From assembly GCA_002104905.1 (NCBI GenBank), contig MCFE01000068.1, forward strand, positions 62,001-126,000: a DNA stretch of 64,000 nt, in the 5' to 3' direction. The stretch comes from Basidiobolus meristosporus CBS 931.73. Taxonomy: Eukaryota; Fungi; Basidiobolomycota. The position numbers and the translations under genes were made by a program. Every line of letters starts with the position of its first letter. Positions within the stretch are counted from its first letter, which is position 1. A model generated the notes under the pieces. The model saw only the letters and a program-made list of their open reading frames with translations. It was not told where the DNA came from and ran no database searches. Below, piece after piece: positions 12,798-25,738 of the stretch.

Positions 12798-12925
12798 TGT
12801 TGAAATATTGGGCTATTTGGTATCATACAGCAGCTAAAAATTTCCTCAACAATTCTGGACTAGTCTTGGTCACAGTAGGACTAACCTACTGCCCTAACCT
12901 TGACACTGTCTTCAGATCTATGATC
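12798..12925 (+). repeat. copia-A LTR 5' fragment
   Basis: TGTTGAAATATTGGGCTATTTGGTATCAT... matches the LTR start; truncated against gypsy RT. Confidence 0.8.
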
Positions 12926-15668
12926 CTTTTCCTTGAGGATATCAGGTAAAGGGGCTGCAATACTTGTAATGGATTTAACAAATCTCCAAAAGTAGGAAAC
13001 CATTCCAAGAAAAGATCTGAGTTCTTATATGCTCTAGGGCTGCTTCAGATTCTTGCTAACTTCAATCTTTTTTGGGTCTAAGGTCACTCCTGTGCAAGTC
13101 ACTATGTGTCCAAGATATTCAAAGTGTTCCTTGAACAACTCACACTTGGCCAGCTTGCCATAGAACTTGTTCTCTCTTAGCTTCTTCTAGTCTTTTCAAT
13201 ATGCATCAAGTGATCCTTGTCACTTGTGCTATATATCAATACGTCATCAAGGTAGATTATTACAAACTTGTCTAAGTACTCCAGGAATACAGTCTACATC
13301 AGGGCCATGAATGTTGCAGGGGCATTGGTGAGGCACAACTAGTCACTAGGTACCTGTAATGTCCATATCTGGCTCTAAATGCTGTCATAAGAATGTCTTC
13401 TGGCTTAACCCTTATCTGGTTGTATCCTGACATGGGGTCAATCTTGCTAAATATATTGGCTTGATTGAGTTGGTCCAAAACTCATCAATCCAAGGTATGG
13501 GGCATCTACTCTTCACAGTACCTGAGTTGAGGGCTCTGTAGTCAATGCATATCCTGAGTGTTCCATCTTTCTTTTTTGCAAAGAGTACTGGTGCTCCCCA
13601 AAGTGACTTGCTGGGTTTGATATATCCTTGCTCTGTTAATCAATCTATTTGTCACTTCATCTCTTCCAACTCAATGGACTCATTCTGTAGGTGTCTTACT
13701 CACTGGATGGCTATCTCCTGTGTCAATGGCATGACCCACATCTCTCACTGGTGGTAGGCTTACAAGTTCATCTGGATATATGTCTGAATATTCCTTCAAA
13801 AGAGTCTGGACCTCCCGGGGTGCTGGAATAGAGTGATTTCCAGTATTACTGCCATGAGGAACACCTAGGTGCCTTTTCTAAGTGCTCAACAGAAATGTGT
13901 CTTGATAAGCTCAATTGTTTCACACACACTGGAATTGACCAAGTTGAAATTCAATTTGGAAGGCAATAACTTATAGGTCCTGCTGTCTTTCTGGATCTGA
14001 GTAACATGGGTTCTCCAGTTGATTGATGGATTACAACAAAATAGCCAGGTTTTCCAACTATAAGGTCAAACTTGCAGCTCCCAAATACTTAGGCCTGTAG
14101 GTCTTCTTCATAGCCAGTGATCCTCACTCTTACTGGCTGAGTAGTATAGTTGTTTATGTGAGAGATCCCATCAGATGTTGAAACTGAAGTGGATTTGGTG
14201 AGCTTGGAGTTGATTCCAGCCCTCAAAGCAAGTTGCTCTGGTATCTACTCAAGTGGTGCTTCTGAGTCAATCATGATCTTGCCATTGATTTTTCCATTCC
14301 AGTATAATAGCTGTACTTAGTATGAGGTCATCTGGGATAGGTATTCCTCTGTCATAGGGAAGGTGAGTTCTGAGTCTTCTTCAGGTCAATCCTGCATGTT
14401 ACTATGCTCAAGGGCTTCAGTATGGCTGAAGCTTCTTGTTGACAGGTGTCCATTTCTTCTCTGAGGGCAGTACTTTGTAATGTGTCTTTGCAGGCAGCAA
14501 TTAAATAAAGTCCTATCTTCTTACATTCTTCTGAGGTAGGATTCTTCTGCATAGCATTTATTTCCATTGGCACTGCTTCTATTTGCCTTCTTACATAGAG
14601 ATTGTATCCTCTCTGATTAGTCATTGTGGGCTTCCCAACTCCAAAGATAGCTGAGTCATAGTCAATGGCAATCTTGATGGCTTCTTCAATAGTCTGGGGT
14701 CTTTGATAATACACCTCCTTGCAAGCTCTTTCTTTCAACCCATCAATAAAGTATTCCACTTGGTCCAGGGAGTCCTTTCTTTCAATTTTTTCAAGTAGTC
14801 GTCTATATTCATAGATATACTCTTGGACATTCCTTTTTGTTTGAGTGTCTTCAAGTATATTCTTAGCAGTGTCTGCTGTTATGAAGGTTCAAAGCATCCT
14901 GAGTTTGCAGCACAAACTCAGCCCAGACAGAGATTGTAGAGCATCCCATCATGGTGGCAGACCTAATCTTGTTGTGGTACAACTGTAAAGCTGCATCTGC
15001 CAGGTAAGAAGCTGCATAATGTAACTTGCTTTCTGGATGAGCTCCCTTAGCCTTGAAAGCTACTTCAATTGGAAAGAGCCAAGTTCCCATGTTTTCATTG
15101 ACTCTACCATGGTACCAGTTGACCTTCACACTAAAGTTACTCTTGGCAGGGTTTTGCTGGCTTTGGGTCATGGTAGTTATTCCTTGTTGCTGCTGGGCCA
15201 GCATTTGCTGCATAGGATTCTTCCACTCTTGATTTTTGGACATCTTGAGGGTGGCTTCTTCTTTCTTTGGGAGGGAGGTTTCTGATTATTGCTGCTACCA
15301 ATGTTTTAAGACATGATAAATGAGTTGTAGAGGAATAGGAAGTTTAGCTAGTATTGTATTCACTAAAACTTGAACTGACTTTTAGTGAGGTTCCAGCAGC
15401 TCCTTATATTCATCTTGCCAGATCAATTGCTGACTAATTATATTTCCTAATGTAGGTTATTGCTGATGACTCATTTGATTGTATCATTGACACCCAATTA
15501 TATCTTGCCCAATATTTGTATTCCTGTCTGTTAAGGATCTGCTGATGCCTCTGCAAACCAATACACTAATTTGATAGATAATACTAATATGCTGATAGGC
15601 TAAACTTCAACCTAACTGATTTGATTAAATGCTAGTCTAACTTATTCACTCAAGCAACAGATATAGCA
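12926..15668 (-). mobile_element. Ty3/gypsy element, 5' LTR-gag-PR-RT, truncated
   Basis: RT motifs [10 protein letters not shown] and IIYLDDVLIYS (YLDD 13243-13254), FEYLGH; gag EYFIDGLKE..KEVYYQRPQTIEEAI; LTR 15302-15668 homologous to 21942-22309; TGGTAGCAGC just inside the LTR (candidate PBS). Confidence 0.88.
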
Positions 15669-15895
15669 AGATATCTGGATATTCCTTCAGAAGAGTATGG
15701 ACTCTCTGGGAAACTGGAGAAGAGGAATTATCCTGCAATGCCACCATGAAAAACATATGGGTACCTTTCCTAAGTGCTCTACAGAGCTGTGTCTTGCTAA
15801 GCTTACTTGTGTCCAATGCACTGGAATTGACCAAGCTAAAAGCCAGTCTGGCAGATATGTGGTAATGGAAAGTACTCCATTACTACAATATCTCT
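15669..15895 (-). mobile_element. gypsy PR-RT linker fragment
   Basis: Homologous to 13770-13930 (TQLCRALRKGTHMFFMVALQD..LLKEYPD). Confidence 0.7.
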
Positions 15896-16159
15896 AAACC
15901 AATATTGCACTCATTTCTTTATTTTGCTTTTTGCTATTGTAACACACAAGAGAAAGATCAAGAATTTCCAACTTTGAAGAGCAAATGCTCCAGACCCTGA
16001 CAAGCAATCCACCCAAGAATATTATGTCATACATAACACGTAGTAGCCAACACATGTTTCAAATTACAGCTTATTTGAAGCAGTACTTAAGGAGTTATGA
16101 CCAAAAGAGTCCAACTATTTTATATACTATGCCTAATTGCTAGGATTACTATGGTGACT

Positions 16160-16330
16160 TTGATCGCGTGTAACTTTTGAACCAGCCAATCAAATCACGT
16201 GAAATTTTCACAGGTGCTGCACCTATGTCCGATCTGCGCCACTGCAAAATTTTAGCTTCGTATCATGTGTATTGCTTGCGCAATCGCCCAAAAACCTTGA
16301 TCCTTCAAAATTTTCATATATATGACTTCC
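16160..16330. promoter_or_regulatory. CpG-rich, palindrome-dense promoter-like patch
   Basis: 8 CpGs in 16165-16286, AGCCAATCA CCAAT box (CCAAT 16186-16190), TCACGTGA 16195-16202. Function not shown. Confidence 0.4.
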
Positions 16331-16529
16331 CCAGCTGAAAAATAAAGGGAGAGCCTCTCTTTCCAGAATCTCCACACTACAATTTCAAGTTTAAAGGTTA
16401 TAAGACTTCCCCTGCATCACTTGCACTGTTGAGTATTCTGACTTTGATCAGTACTACATCAGTAAAGAGACTGCAAAGCTCACAAGAATCCAATCTAAGT
16501 TCTACAAGAAACTACCACTTTGCTGTTGG

Positions 16530-16790
16530 AAAAGTCCCCTCTAAGAAGCCCCTTTACTCTAAAGACACCCCTTTAGACACCCCTTTAGTCTAAAGACCCC
16601 TTTAGAGACCCCTTTAAGAAGCCCCTTTACTCTAAAGAAGCCCCTTTAGGCACCCCTTTAGTGTAAAGTCCACTTTGGAGACCACTACAAGAAGCCCCTT
16701 TACTCTAAAGACACCCCTTTAGACACCCCTTTAGTTCTAAAGACCCCTTTAGAGACTTCTACAACACACCCCTTTAGGTTAAAGGGGAGT
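16530..16790. repeat. Higher-order tandem repeat: about 73-bp unit x about 3.3, built from CCCCTTTA subunits
   Basis: AAGAAGCCCCTTTACTCTAAAGA recurs at about 16543, 16617 and 16689; more than 12 CCCC runs. Confidence 0.9.
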
Positions 16791-17104
16791 TCAGAATATC
16801 CATACTAGGAAATATTTTCTCAGAAAGGAAAGTGACTTCCAAATAAGGAAAAGTTACTATAAAAGTAAATAAGCCCATTAGTCGACAGAAGGTCAGAACA
16901 CTGCTGTAGAAGTGATAAACACTGCCTACAGTATATTTTGAGCCTAAGATTGAGGAAATTGGTGAAAGTTATATCTTCTATCGGTATATCAAACTCCCAA
17001 TAAACTATTTCAGTATTAGCATACTGGAAGTTGTTGTATATTGTTGATTAGCCTCTACATTGTAGAACAAGCCCCAAACTAATCATAATACAACACAACA
17101 GATA

Positions 17105-19150
17105 GTAGCTCATAGGTGTACTTGTTGTTTTGGATCTGAGTGGCATAGGTTCTCCAACTGATTTATGGATTACAGCTGAATAGGCATGCTTATCCGAGCA
17201 TCAGGTCAACTTTATAGTTTTGAGATATTTTGACCTCTAGGACTTCTTCATAGTCAATGAAGCACACTCTTAGTGACTGAGAGATATAGCTGATTATGTG
17301 ATAGTTCCCATTGATTGTTACAACTGAAATTATTTTGGTAGGTTCTGAGTGGCCTCTAGCTCTCATAGCATATTACTCTGACATGTATATGTGTTTTGCT
17401 CCTGAGTCAATCATATTCTTGACAGCACTTCACTGATGACTCCATTCAAGTGTAATAGTTTTCCACAGTTTGAGGTTTTTTGGGACAAGAATCCTTTGGT
17501 CATATGCAGTGCAAGTTATGAAACTTCTACAAGCTCATCCTCCCCATCACTATGTTCTTGAGCTTCAATCCCTAAGAAAAAAAAATTGAAAAAAGCCAAG
17601 CAAAATACCATCATAGTATCAGCCAAATTCCAAGTTTCTCATAATTGACAGCCCTTCATATCTCTGTTCTAAGCTGATTGTCAGACATGCAAACAACTTC
17701 TCCAGGAGATGACTGGGCATACTAGCATCCTTACTAAATATGGTAATTAGCTGTCCATTACTTTAATCAAAAGTTGCATTTGAAATTTTGAACCCAAAAC
17801 ACCAGCTGAGTACCAGCAAAATGCCAGCAGAATACCAGCTAAAAATCAGATGAATTTTAAGTTTGAGATTCTTCATAGGGAATGTGATTCAAGGTTCTTG
17901 TTGACCATGGACATTTCTTCTCTGAGGGCAATACTTTGGGATGTGCCCATGCTGATGGTAATTGAAGCAAACTACTTTCTTCTCACATCCTTCTGAGGAG
18001 GAATCTTTGCCTTAGTGTCTACTTGCATTGGCATTTTTTCTGGTTGTCTTCTTTCATGGCAATTATACATTTTCTAATTAGTCACTATAAACTTTCCAAC
18101 TCCAAACATAGATGAGCTATAGTTATTGACAGTTTTGATGTCTTCTTTAATAGTCTGAGGTCTTTAATAATGTACTTCCTTGCAAGTTTGCTCTTTCAAC
18201 CCATCAATAAGGTATTCAACCTGATCAAGGGGGTCTGTGCTTTCAACTTGTCCAAATAACATCTATACTCATAGATGTATTCATGAACCATTCCTTTTTT
18301 GCTGAATGTCTCAGCTTTTGCCTTAGTGGTGTCTGCTGGTGTTGTGGCCCAAACACATTCTAACTTCCTGACATAAACTCATCCCATGTAGAGTTAGTAA
18401 AGCATCCCATTATAGTAGTTGACCTGACCATATTTTGGTACAACTACAACTCTGCATCAGCCACATCAGAAGCTGCATAATGCAGCATGCTTTCTGGGGC
18501 AATTCCATTTGCCTTGAAAGCTTCTTCATTTTGAAAAAGTGAGGTTCCCAGGTTTTCATTGTCTCTGTCACTTCATTGGTTGACCATCACACTGAAGTTA
18601 CTCTTATCAGGGCTTTGCTAGCTCTGGGTCATGGTAGTCATTCCTTGTTGCTGCTGGCTAAGGATCTGGAGTATGTGTTGCTGTTGGGCCAGAATATGCT
18701 GAATAGCATTCTTCCATTCTTGATTTGCCAACATCTTAAGGGAGGCTTCTTCTTTCTTCACAAGGGAGGTTTCTGGTTATTGCTGCTACTGACAATACCA
18801 GTCTTGATATAAGAGTTGCAGAGTAATAGGGAGTTTAACTAGTGTTGTACTTACTAACAGTTGCACTAATATTTATTGAGATTCCAGCAGCTTGTTATAT
18901 GCATTTTGCATGATCCATTGCAGAATAATTGTACTTCCTAATGTAAGTTGTGGTTGCTGACACATTTAATCACTTCATCATCTATATAGACTGTACTTAA
19001 AATTTCTATCACTGTCTGTTAAGGACTGGATCATTCATCTGTTGACTAATTTTACTGAGTTGATATATAATACTGATAGTCTGATAGGCTGAACATCAAA
19101 CTAATTAAATGGACTAAAATCTGATCTATCTCAGACAGCAGAGCATAACA
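17105..19150 (-). mobile_element. Ty3/gypsy second copy (5' LTR-gag-PR), decayed
   Basis: 17880-18780 parallels 14420-15290 (gag); 17105-17460 parallels the protease at 13970-14330; LTR about 18790-19150 ending ...GCATAACA. Confidence 0.8.
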
Positions 19151-19975
19151 GTAACTGTCTTCAGGGCTCTTTGCATTGTTGCCTTGTCAGTCAATTGGAT
19201 CCTCAATGTGTCTAGAATGGAGGGCATGGAGGCTGTGCTTGGCAAATAGCACTTGTTGGCAAACTCATTTACCATGCTGGAGTGTTGCTCAACTGGCTGT
19301 GTTTCTAAATCTTGACAGAACAGCTGTCATCCTCTTAGTAATCTTCTTGGCTATTAGGTAGAATGGCCAATATGATAGATGCAATGGTCCATAGAGATTA
19401 GAAAGTTGTCCAGAGACCAAATGTGCTGATAATCTCTTTGAAGCAATGTACATCCCTGGTAAGGAATATGGTAGCCTTGCTATGACAAAGAAACTGAAGT
19501 GATCAATGTCATGGCCAGAAATTGAGACATATTGCAGTGTTACCATAGAGGAACACCATGGTGCTTTTGAAGTACATCAATAGTGTCTAAAGCTAATGCC
19601 CATAGAAAACCCTTCACAGTATGTGAGGGAGATACTCTGGTACTCAGAGCAAAGCCTAAAGATCAATAGATATTGAATGGCTGACAAGCTATTGTGTACA
19701 ATAATGAACAGTCTGCTAATATTGAAGAGGCTGTACAAGGTCTAGCATGCCAGCAGCCTTAAGCTAGCATTCCATGGGATCATCAGGAACTTGAGACCAG
19801 GCAAAATGTGCTTAACCTGTTACATAAGTATCATTGTGGATTCAAGCAAGCAAACAGATTTTGGGCTAGAATTGGTATGTTAAGAAAACATCTCAGGAAT
19901 AGAAGAAACTATGAAGGGAAAATATGAAGGGTGCCACAGAGAGAACCAGAGGCTTCTCCAAGACTCTGTAATAAG
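19151..19975. pseudogene. Rearranged CMC ORF2 fragments (minus, then plus)
   Basis: 19151-19640 is reverse-strand ORF2. 19690-19960 is plus-strand EEAVQGLACQQ-LKLAFHGIIRN/WDHQEL-type sequence homologous to 1590-1840. Confidence 0.65.
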
Positions 19976-19979
19976 CAGG

Positions 19980-22309
19980 GTCAATAGCTCCAGCTAGTAT
20001 AGGAGTGAGCTTAGACCCCAGGAAGGATGAAGTCATCAAGAAGCTTAAGCAGCCCCATAGCATACCAGAATTTGGATTATTCCTTGGAATGGCTTCCTAT
20101 TCTTCATGGTTTGGAAAGTCCTTTGCAAGTATTACAGCCCGTTTAACTGATATTCTCAAGAAAGACAACACCTTGAAGTGTGACATAGCCTCTCAGACTG
20201 TCTTTCAGATGCTCAAGAATGAACTTACTAAGCCGCCAAGCTTAGAAATCTCAGACTCCAGCAAAGAGCTTGCTCTGTGCATAAATGCTTCAGACTATGC
20301 AATTGGTTTGGTACTGAACCAAGAACATGAGGGAAAGGACCATCTAGCTGCTTTTGAGTCCAAGAAACAGAACTAAGCAGTACAAAACTATCCAGTGCAT
20401 GAGAAGGAGATACTGGACATAGTACACTGCTTGAAGACCTGCAGATGCTACACTGAAGGGGTTAAGTGCACTGTGAAGATGGATCTTGCATCACTCAAGT
20501 ATATATTTACTCTGTAGGTACTATCCAGAAGATTAACAAGATGGACTGAATACATTTGGCAACTTGACATGGATATTGTCTACTACCCTGGGAAAAACAA
20601 CACAGTTACTGATGCCCTATCAAGACTAGAACAAGTTGCACAACTCAACCTAGGGCATGAATCAGTTTATCCTAGCTTATTTCCAAAGTACTTGAAGGTC
20701 TAAGCCATTGCCAATGATATGGATGAAGAGATCAAGAAGATATTCCAGGATGAAGCTAGCAAACTTGTAGTACCAGATGAAACACTTTACCAAATTGTTG
20801 ATGGAAGTGCTATTGCCTAGTGCCCTTATGTTGTTTGCCTAAATATGATACATAAGCCACGCAATGGACATGGACATCTTGTAATTGAAGGGACCTATAG
20901 CCTTGTGAATACCAGAGCATGGTGGTTCAGAATGAAACAAGTTCATGAGAAGCTAGCAATAACATGTCCAAATTGACAAATCAACTAAGGCCAACCATAG
21001 CAAGTTACTGAACTATTTCCCCTGGAGTCTCTAAGACCTCTTGAGAGAAGAGTAAATAACCATATTGGAAGACTGCCAACTACCAGAAAATGCAACTGCT
21101 GGATCCTAGTAACCATTGATCATGCCACTAAATGGTCAGTGGCTGAGGCTGTACCTGTGGCCAGTGAATAAGCAGTTGCAAGTATGATCAACCAAGAAAT
21201 GATTTTGAAGTTTGGATACACTTTAGAGATTTTATCTGATGGAGGAGCAAACTCTATGGCAAAGGCATTGTAAGCTTACATGCAAATGCAGCAGATCATG
21301 TATTTGAAAGCCTTGGCATATCACCGCAGAACTAATGGAGGCACTGAGCATTTTAATGGATTATTTGGAAAATGATGACCAAGAATGCCAATGGAGCTGT
21401 CCATCCATGAGATGAGTATATAAACCAAGCACCTTTTGCCTGCAGAGTCAGAGTGCAAAATGCCACCCCACAATTGCCATGTTACTCTGTGATTGAATGT
21501 GAACTAAGGATTCCCAGAGATCTCACACAACCAAAGCTTACAGATGCCTAGTATGATGAACTCAGACAGTCAAGTAGACACCAGCTGCTGGAGCAAAGAC
21601 ATCAAGAGGCATAGGCCAAAGTATCTTGAAGTGCAGAAAAGATGAAGCAGAGATTTGATATGAATACATCACCAGAAGCATTGACAGTTGGAAACTCTGA
21701 ATTACCAAGTAACAAAACTTGCAAGAAGTTTGAGCCACAATATGTGGGACCATTCACAATCATCAGACCATATCCATTTGCTGTTTACCAACTGGTAGAC
21801 AAATATGGTACATCTGGGAAAATTTAGCTCTTAGAGCCAAATGCAAGTTTGCAAGGCTTGTTGACAATACTGAACCATCCAGATATTGGTATCACAAAAA
21901 AAGAGATTGAGGAGCACCCTCTCAACGTTAGTAGAGGAGAATGTTATGATCTACTGCATGAGCTATTAAGTTAGATCACTTCTTTGTCAAATCAACTAGT
22001 TTTATGCCTAGCCTAGCAATATATCTGTATTATCTATTAAATCATTAGTACTAGTAAGCAAATGAGTCAGCAGATTCATATCAGACAGAAACAGGTATAT
22101 TCAGTAGGATCAGATTGAGTGATGATGATGCAACTAAATAGATCATTAGCCTCAGCCTACATTAGGGTATTCAATTAGTCAGCAATTGATTGGCCAGGTG
22201 TTTATAAGGAGCTGCTGGAACCTCAATAAAGATCAGTTCAAGTTTTGTTGAACACATTACTAGCTACACTCCCTGTTCCTCTCCAACTCTTATATCAAGA
22301 CTTGTAACA
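19980..22309 (+). mobile_element. Ty3/gypsy 3' half (RT end-RNase H-integrase-PPT-3' LTR)
   Basis: ORF 20005-20376 (FLGMASY..; LCINASDYAIGLVLNQ), integrase remnants (ILVTIDHATKW, LSDGG, RTNGGTEHFNG), PPT AGTAGAGGAGAA, LTR TGTTATG..GTAACA 21942-22309. Confidence 0.87.
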
Positions 22310-22732
22310 AAGGCACAGCAAAAGGTTGCCGCACTTCTTTATAAGTAGCATTTGATAAGTTGCAGATGAATATTGCAAGAATTTAATTCAACAACATGCA
22401 TATGCTGTGCTAGACTATAGTGAAGTCCTGGATGTATAGGATCCACTGAATGAACAATGGCCTAAGGCTGCACCCTATGAAAACTAACTTGGCCCTGTGA
22501 GTTAATCCAATCCAGATTAGCTGCCAAGATCCTATCAGGAGACCACTATAATACCAGCTGCTTAGGATTTAAATTCCATCCACACAATCTTTTAATAGGA
22601 TCACAACATTGCTTGGCTAATTTCACAGCTAAATAAAGTTGAAAAGCATAATGGTATTGTACAGTGTTTTGCCAAGGGTGTAATGGTGTTGTTGCAATCT
22701 TAGTGTTTTACAAATATTTAAGTAGATCTAAC

Positions 22733-23970
22733 AGTTGAAATATTTGACCATTTGGTATCATTCAGCAGCTAAAAATTTACTTAACAATCTGGACTAGTCT
22801 TGGTCACTGTTGGAATAATTTAGAGCTCTAATGTTGCCACTTTCTTCAGATCTATGATCTTATGATTATTCCCTAATAGTCAGAATCAAATTAGCACTAT
22901 TACTAAACATTATTTACTAACCCTGAGACTGTTACAGAATGCTCCTGAATATTGAGAAACACTTCTTACTTATTGTTACAGCTGTATTACTTCTACAAAC
23001 ATATAAATACTAAGCTTCCTTATTAATAAACAACAGTTCAGCTATTATCACTATTTCTTGATCGGTTCCTTCTGTCCAAATCACTTCTTGAGTTGCATCA
23101 GGTTATGAGCCCCTATAGCCTTAACTTATCCTAAAGATGACTTCTACCAGTAAACAGAACAACACAAACATCTTCCCTGTAAAGGAGAGGTTTGATGGGA
23201 AGAACTACAGACTTTGAAGAATCAAGATGCAGTTCCACCTTGAGGGAAGGAAGCTTTGGAATATAGTAACAGGAAAAGAAGTTGAGCCCAAAGAAACAGC
23301 AGAAGAAGTGGTGAAGTTTCAAGAGAAGGAGAGAAAGGCCTTCAATGCCATATGTAGCCATGTGAAAGATTCCTTCTTTGGACAAATCCATGATTCTAAT
23401 ACTGCCAAAGCAGCATGAGAATCCTTGCAAAGGAGAGAAAAACCTTTTGTTAGGGAAGCTATAGAAAAAAACCTAGTAGAGTTGGTGTACTGCCCAACTA
23501 ACAAAATGGTGGCAGATATATTGACAAAACCATAAACTAGGCCACAATTTGAGAATCTCAGGGAGGAATTAGGATTAAGAAATTATTGAGGTGAGGGGGA
23601 GTGTTGACATATTGAACTATTTGGTATCATTCAGCAGCTAAAAGTTTACTTGACAATTCTGGACAAGTCTTGGTCACTGTTGGACTAATTGACAGCTTTA
23701 ACTTTGCCACTTTCTTCAGATCTATGATCTTATGATTATTCCCTAATAGTCAGGATCAAATTAGCACTATTACTAAACATTATTTACTAACCCTGAAACT
23801 GCTACAGAATGCTCCTGAATATTGAGAAACCCTCCTTACTTTGTGTTACAGCCGTATTACTTCCACAATGGCATAAATACTGAGCTTCTTTATTAATTAA
23901 CAACAGCTCAGCTATTATCACTATTTCTTGATAAGTCCCTTATATCCAAATCATTTTTTAAATTGCAACA
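22733..23970 (+). mobile_element. copia-A miniature derivative (LTR-PBS-about 500 bp-PPT-LTR)
   Basis: LTRs 22733-23100 and 23602-23970, exact PBS GGTTATGAGCCC 23101-23112, gag start fused to the RNase H end, PPT GGTGAGGGGGAG, TSD CTAAC/CCAAC. Confidence 0.9.
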
Positions 23971-24667
23971 CCAACTGGCACATAAATGGAATTGCCTTAT
24001 TCAGCAAAAAACTTGATGGTGTTTTGATGGCCTCTTTGCAAGCCTCTATGGGCATTACAATGGCAGTAAGGCAACATACAGCTGGCTCTGTATGATGCCA
24101 CTGTACCAATCTACCAAGTGGTATTGCCTTTCTCTACCTCCCCTTATACAATACATAAATTCCATTGTATAATCACCCCTCTTTATTTGCTGACCCCCTA
24201 CTAACTTGGGTATTCCACAAATTGCTTGAATCAAGCAAGTACCATGGTCTCCTGCTCACCCACCTCTGCAAATGCACACACCTGCCATGATTTGCATACT
24301 TCTATGACATCAACTTTATGGCTTTTGAGTGTGATACTTGCAAAGTTGCTATAAACATTGTATTAGTTGCTTGCTACACTCAACCTAACCTTGCATTGTG
24401 TAACTGATTACCTGCACATTGGGGCTGCTCAGCTTCTTAAAGCCATAGGCATAGATGTATTTATGTGCACATCTGTCCTCTATTTCAACCCTTCCTGGCT
24501 GTCCTTTACATGTTAATGCATCAAATTCATGATGGACTTCAAGGTATTTTTTGATGAGATTGGGATATTGTAGTACCAGCAAGTTGACTTGTCTTCCTAT
24601 CTCCCCACACATGTGCACTATAAGAAACTCCCATAAGGTGAAGCAAGGTCTAATATTCTCAATGTGC

Positions 24668-25738
24668 TGTGGTGGTGTATAGGTCCAAGGGAGAGATACG
24701 TCCAACACTTCTCAAGTGTTTTGTGTGTGGGGTGTTCACTGGGTGCAATAACCTCTGGCAAAAGCTTGCTAGGAATACTTGGGTTCTGTCTCTAATCTAA
24801 TGTGAAGGGGAATAAAGCCACAAGCTTGTCAAGGGAAAACTATTGAGCTACAATCCCCAACTTAGTTGGCGTCTTAACAAAAGTATGTGCTGGGTTCAGT
24901 GTCCTTTGAGATGACAATGTACTAAAGCTTCCAAAGTCAAAACAACTGTAAACTCCACCAGCAGGGACTTGATAAGAATGCAGCTGTGGTCAATAGTTAC
25001 AAAGACAGAAAAGTATCTTTGCCGGTACAAGAACAAACTTGGGAAAGAATCAAATATAATAAAAGATACCTACTCTGAGTATTCCTCACAAGTAGTGCCT
25101 CCAAGGTCAGTTGGCTGTCAGCACGGTTTCCTGGGAGTGTCCTGTGGTCTAGGGTTGGAAGTTCAGGTAGCAGCAGGAAGCAGTGATCACACTAATCAAC
25201 AAGTTGGTATATTGATAAAAGGGATGATGATTTATTGTTGAGGGATAGCCTCCCTTATATACTTTTTTCACTGGCTAAGTGATTACTAATCATGGTGTTC
25301 CAGAAGGTTCCGGAGATCAATAGAAATCTTAATGACATCAGAATGGCCTAAGAATGTTCTAAGTAGGTGCCAGAAGGTTCTAAGAGGCACAGCACATCCA
25401 ACCAATCAGGAATCAGTATTCTGAAACCTGTGTAGCATGGGGATACCATATATGGTATGGAAATGGTAGGGATGGTGACACGGGCTGATCATGTGTCACG
25501 GGTACTGGCGCGGGTACTTGCCTAATATAGAAGTACTTACAGCTAGTAATCTTACATAAAGTGAGGGGTAACTTATGCAATAAGGTAAGCAGGTGAGATA
25601 GTCAACTGGCTTATGGGATAGTACTGATTGGGTAAGACAAATGGGATAAAACTAAAATAAGTGTAGTAGAGATATAGGGAAGTAGAAAATAAGGGAATGA
25701 GCACATCTGTCAGTGGGTGTCACTGTCACCCCACTACA
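24668..25738 (+). repeat. Solo LTR, family C (1071 bp), 4-bp TSD GTGC/GCGC
   Basis: TGTGGTGG...CCACTACA termini; removing it restores the host CMC spacing; homologous to 47353-51667. Confidence 0.85.

Noticed and set aside
16530-16790. CRISPR-like or true telomeric array
   Set aside because: No unique spacers, no cas genes, eukaryotic context; the subunits are interrupted and are not a telomere repeat I recognise.
16769-16810. Hairpin followed by CTAG as a possible Helitron 3' end
   Set aside because: The CTAG is about 19 nt from the hairpin and is followed by G rather than T; no 5' TC end or RepHel sequence was seen.
21800-21941. Chromodomain at the gypsy integrase C-terminus
   Set aside because: No chromodomain-like residues recognised before the PPT, and the sequence is too decayed to support a call.
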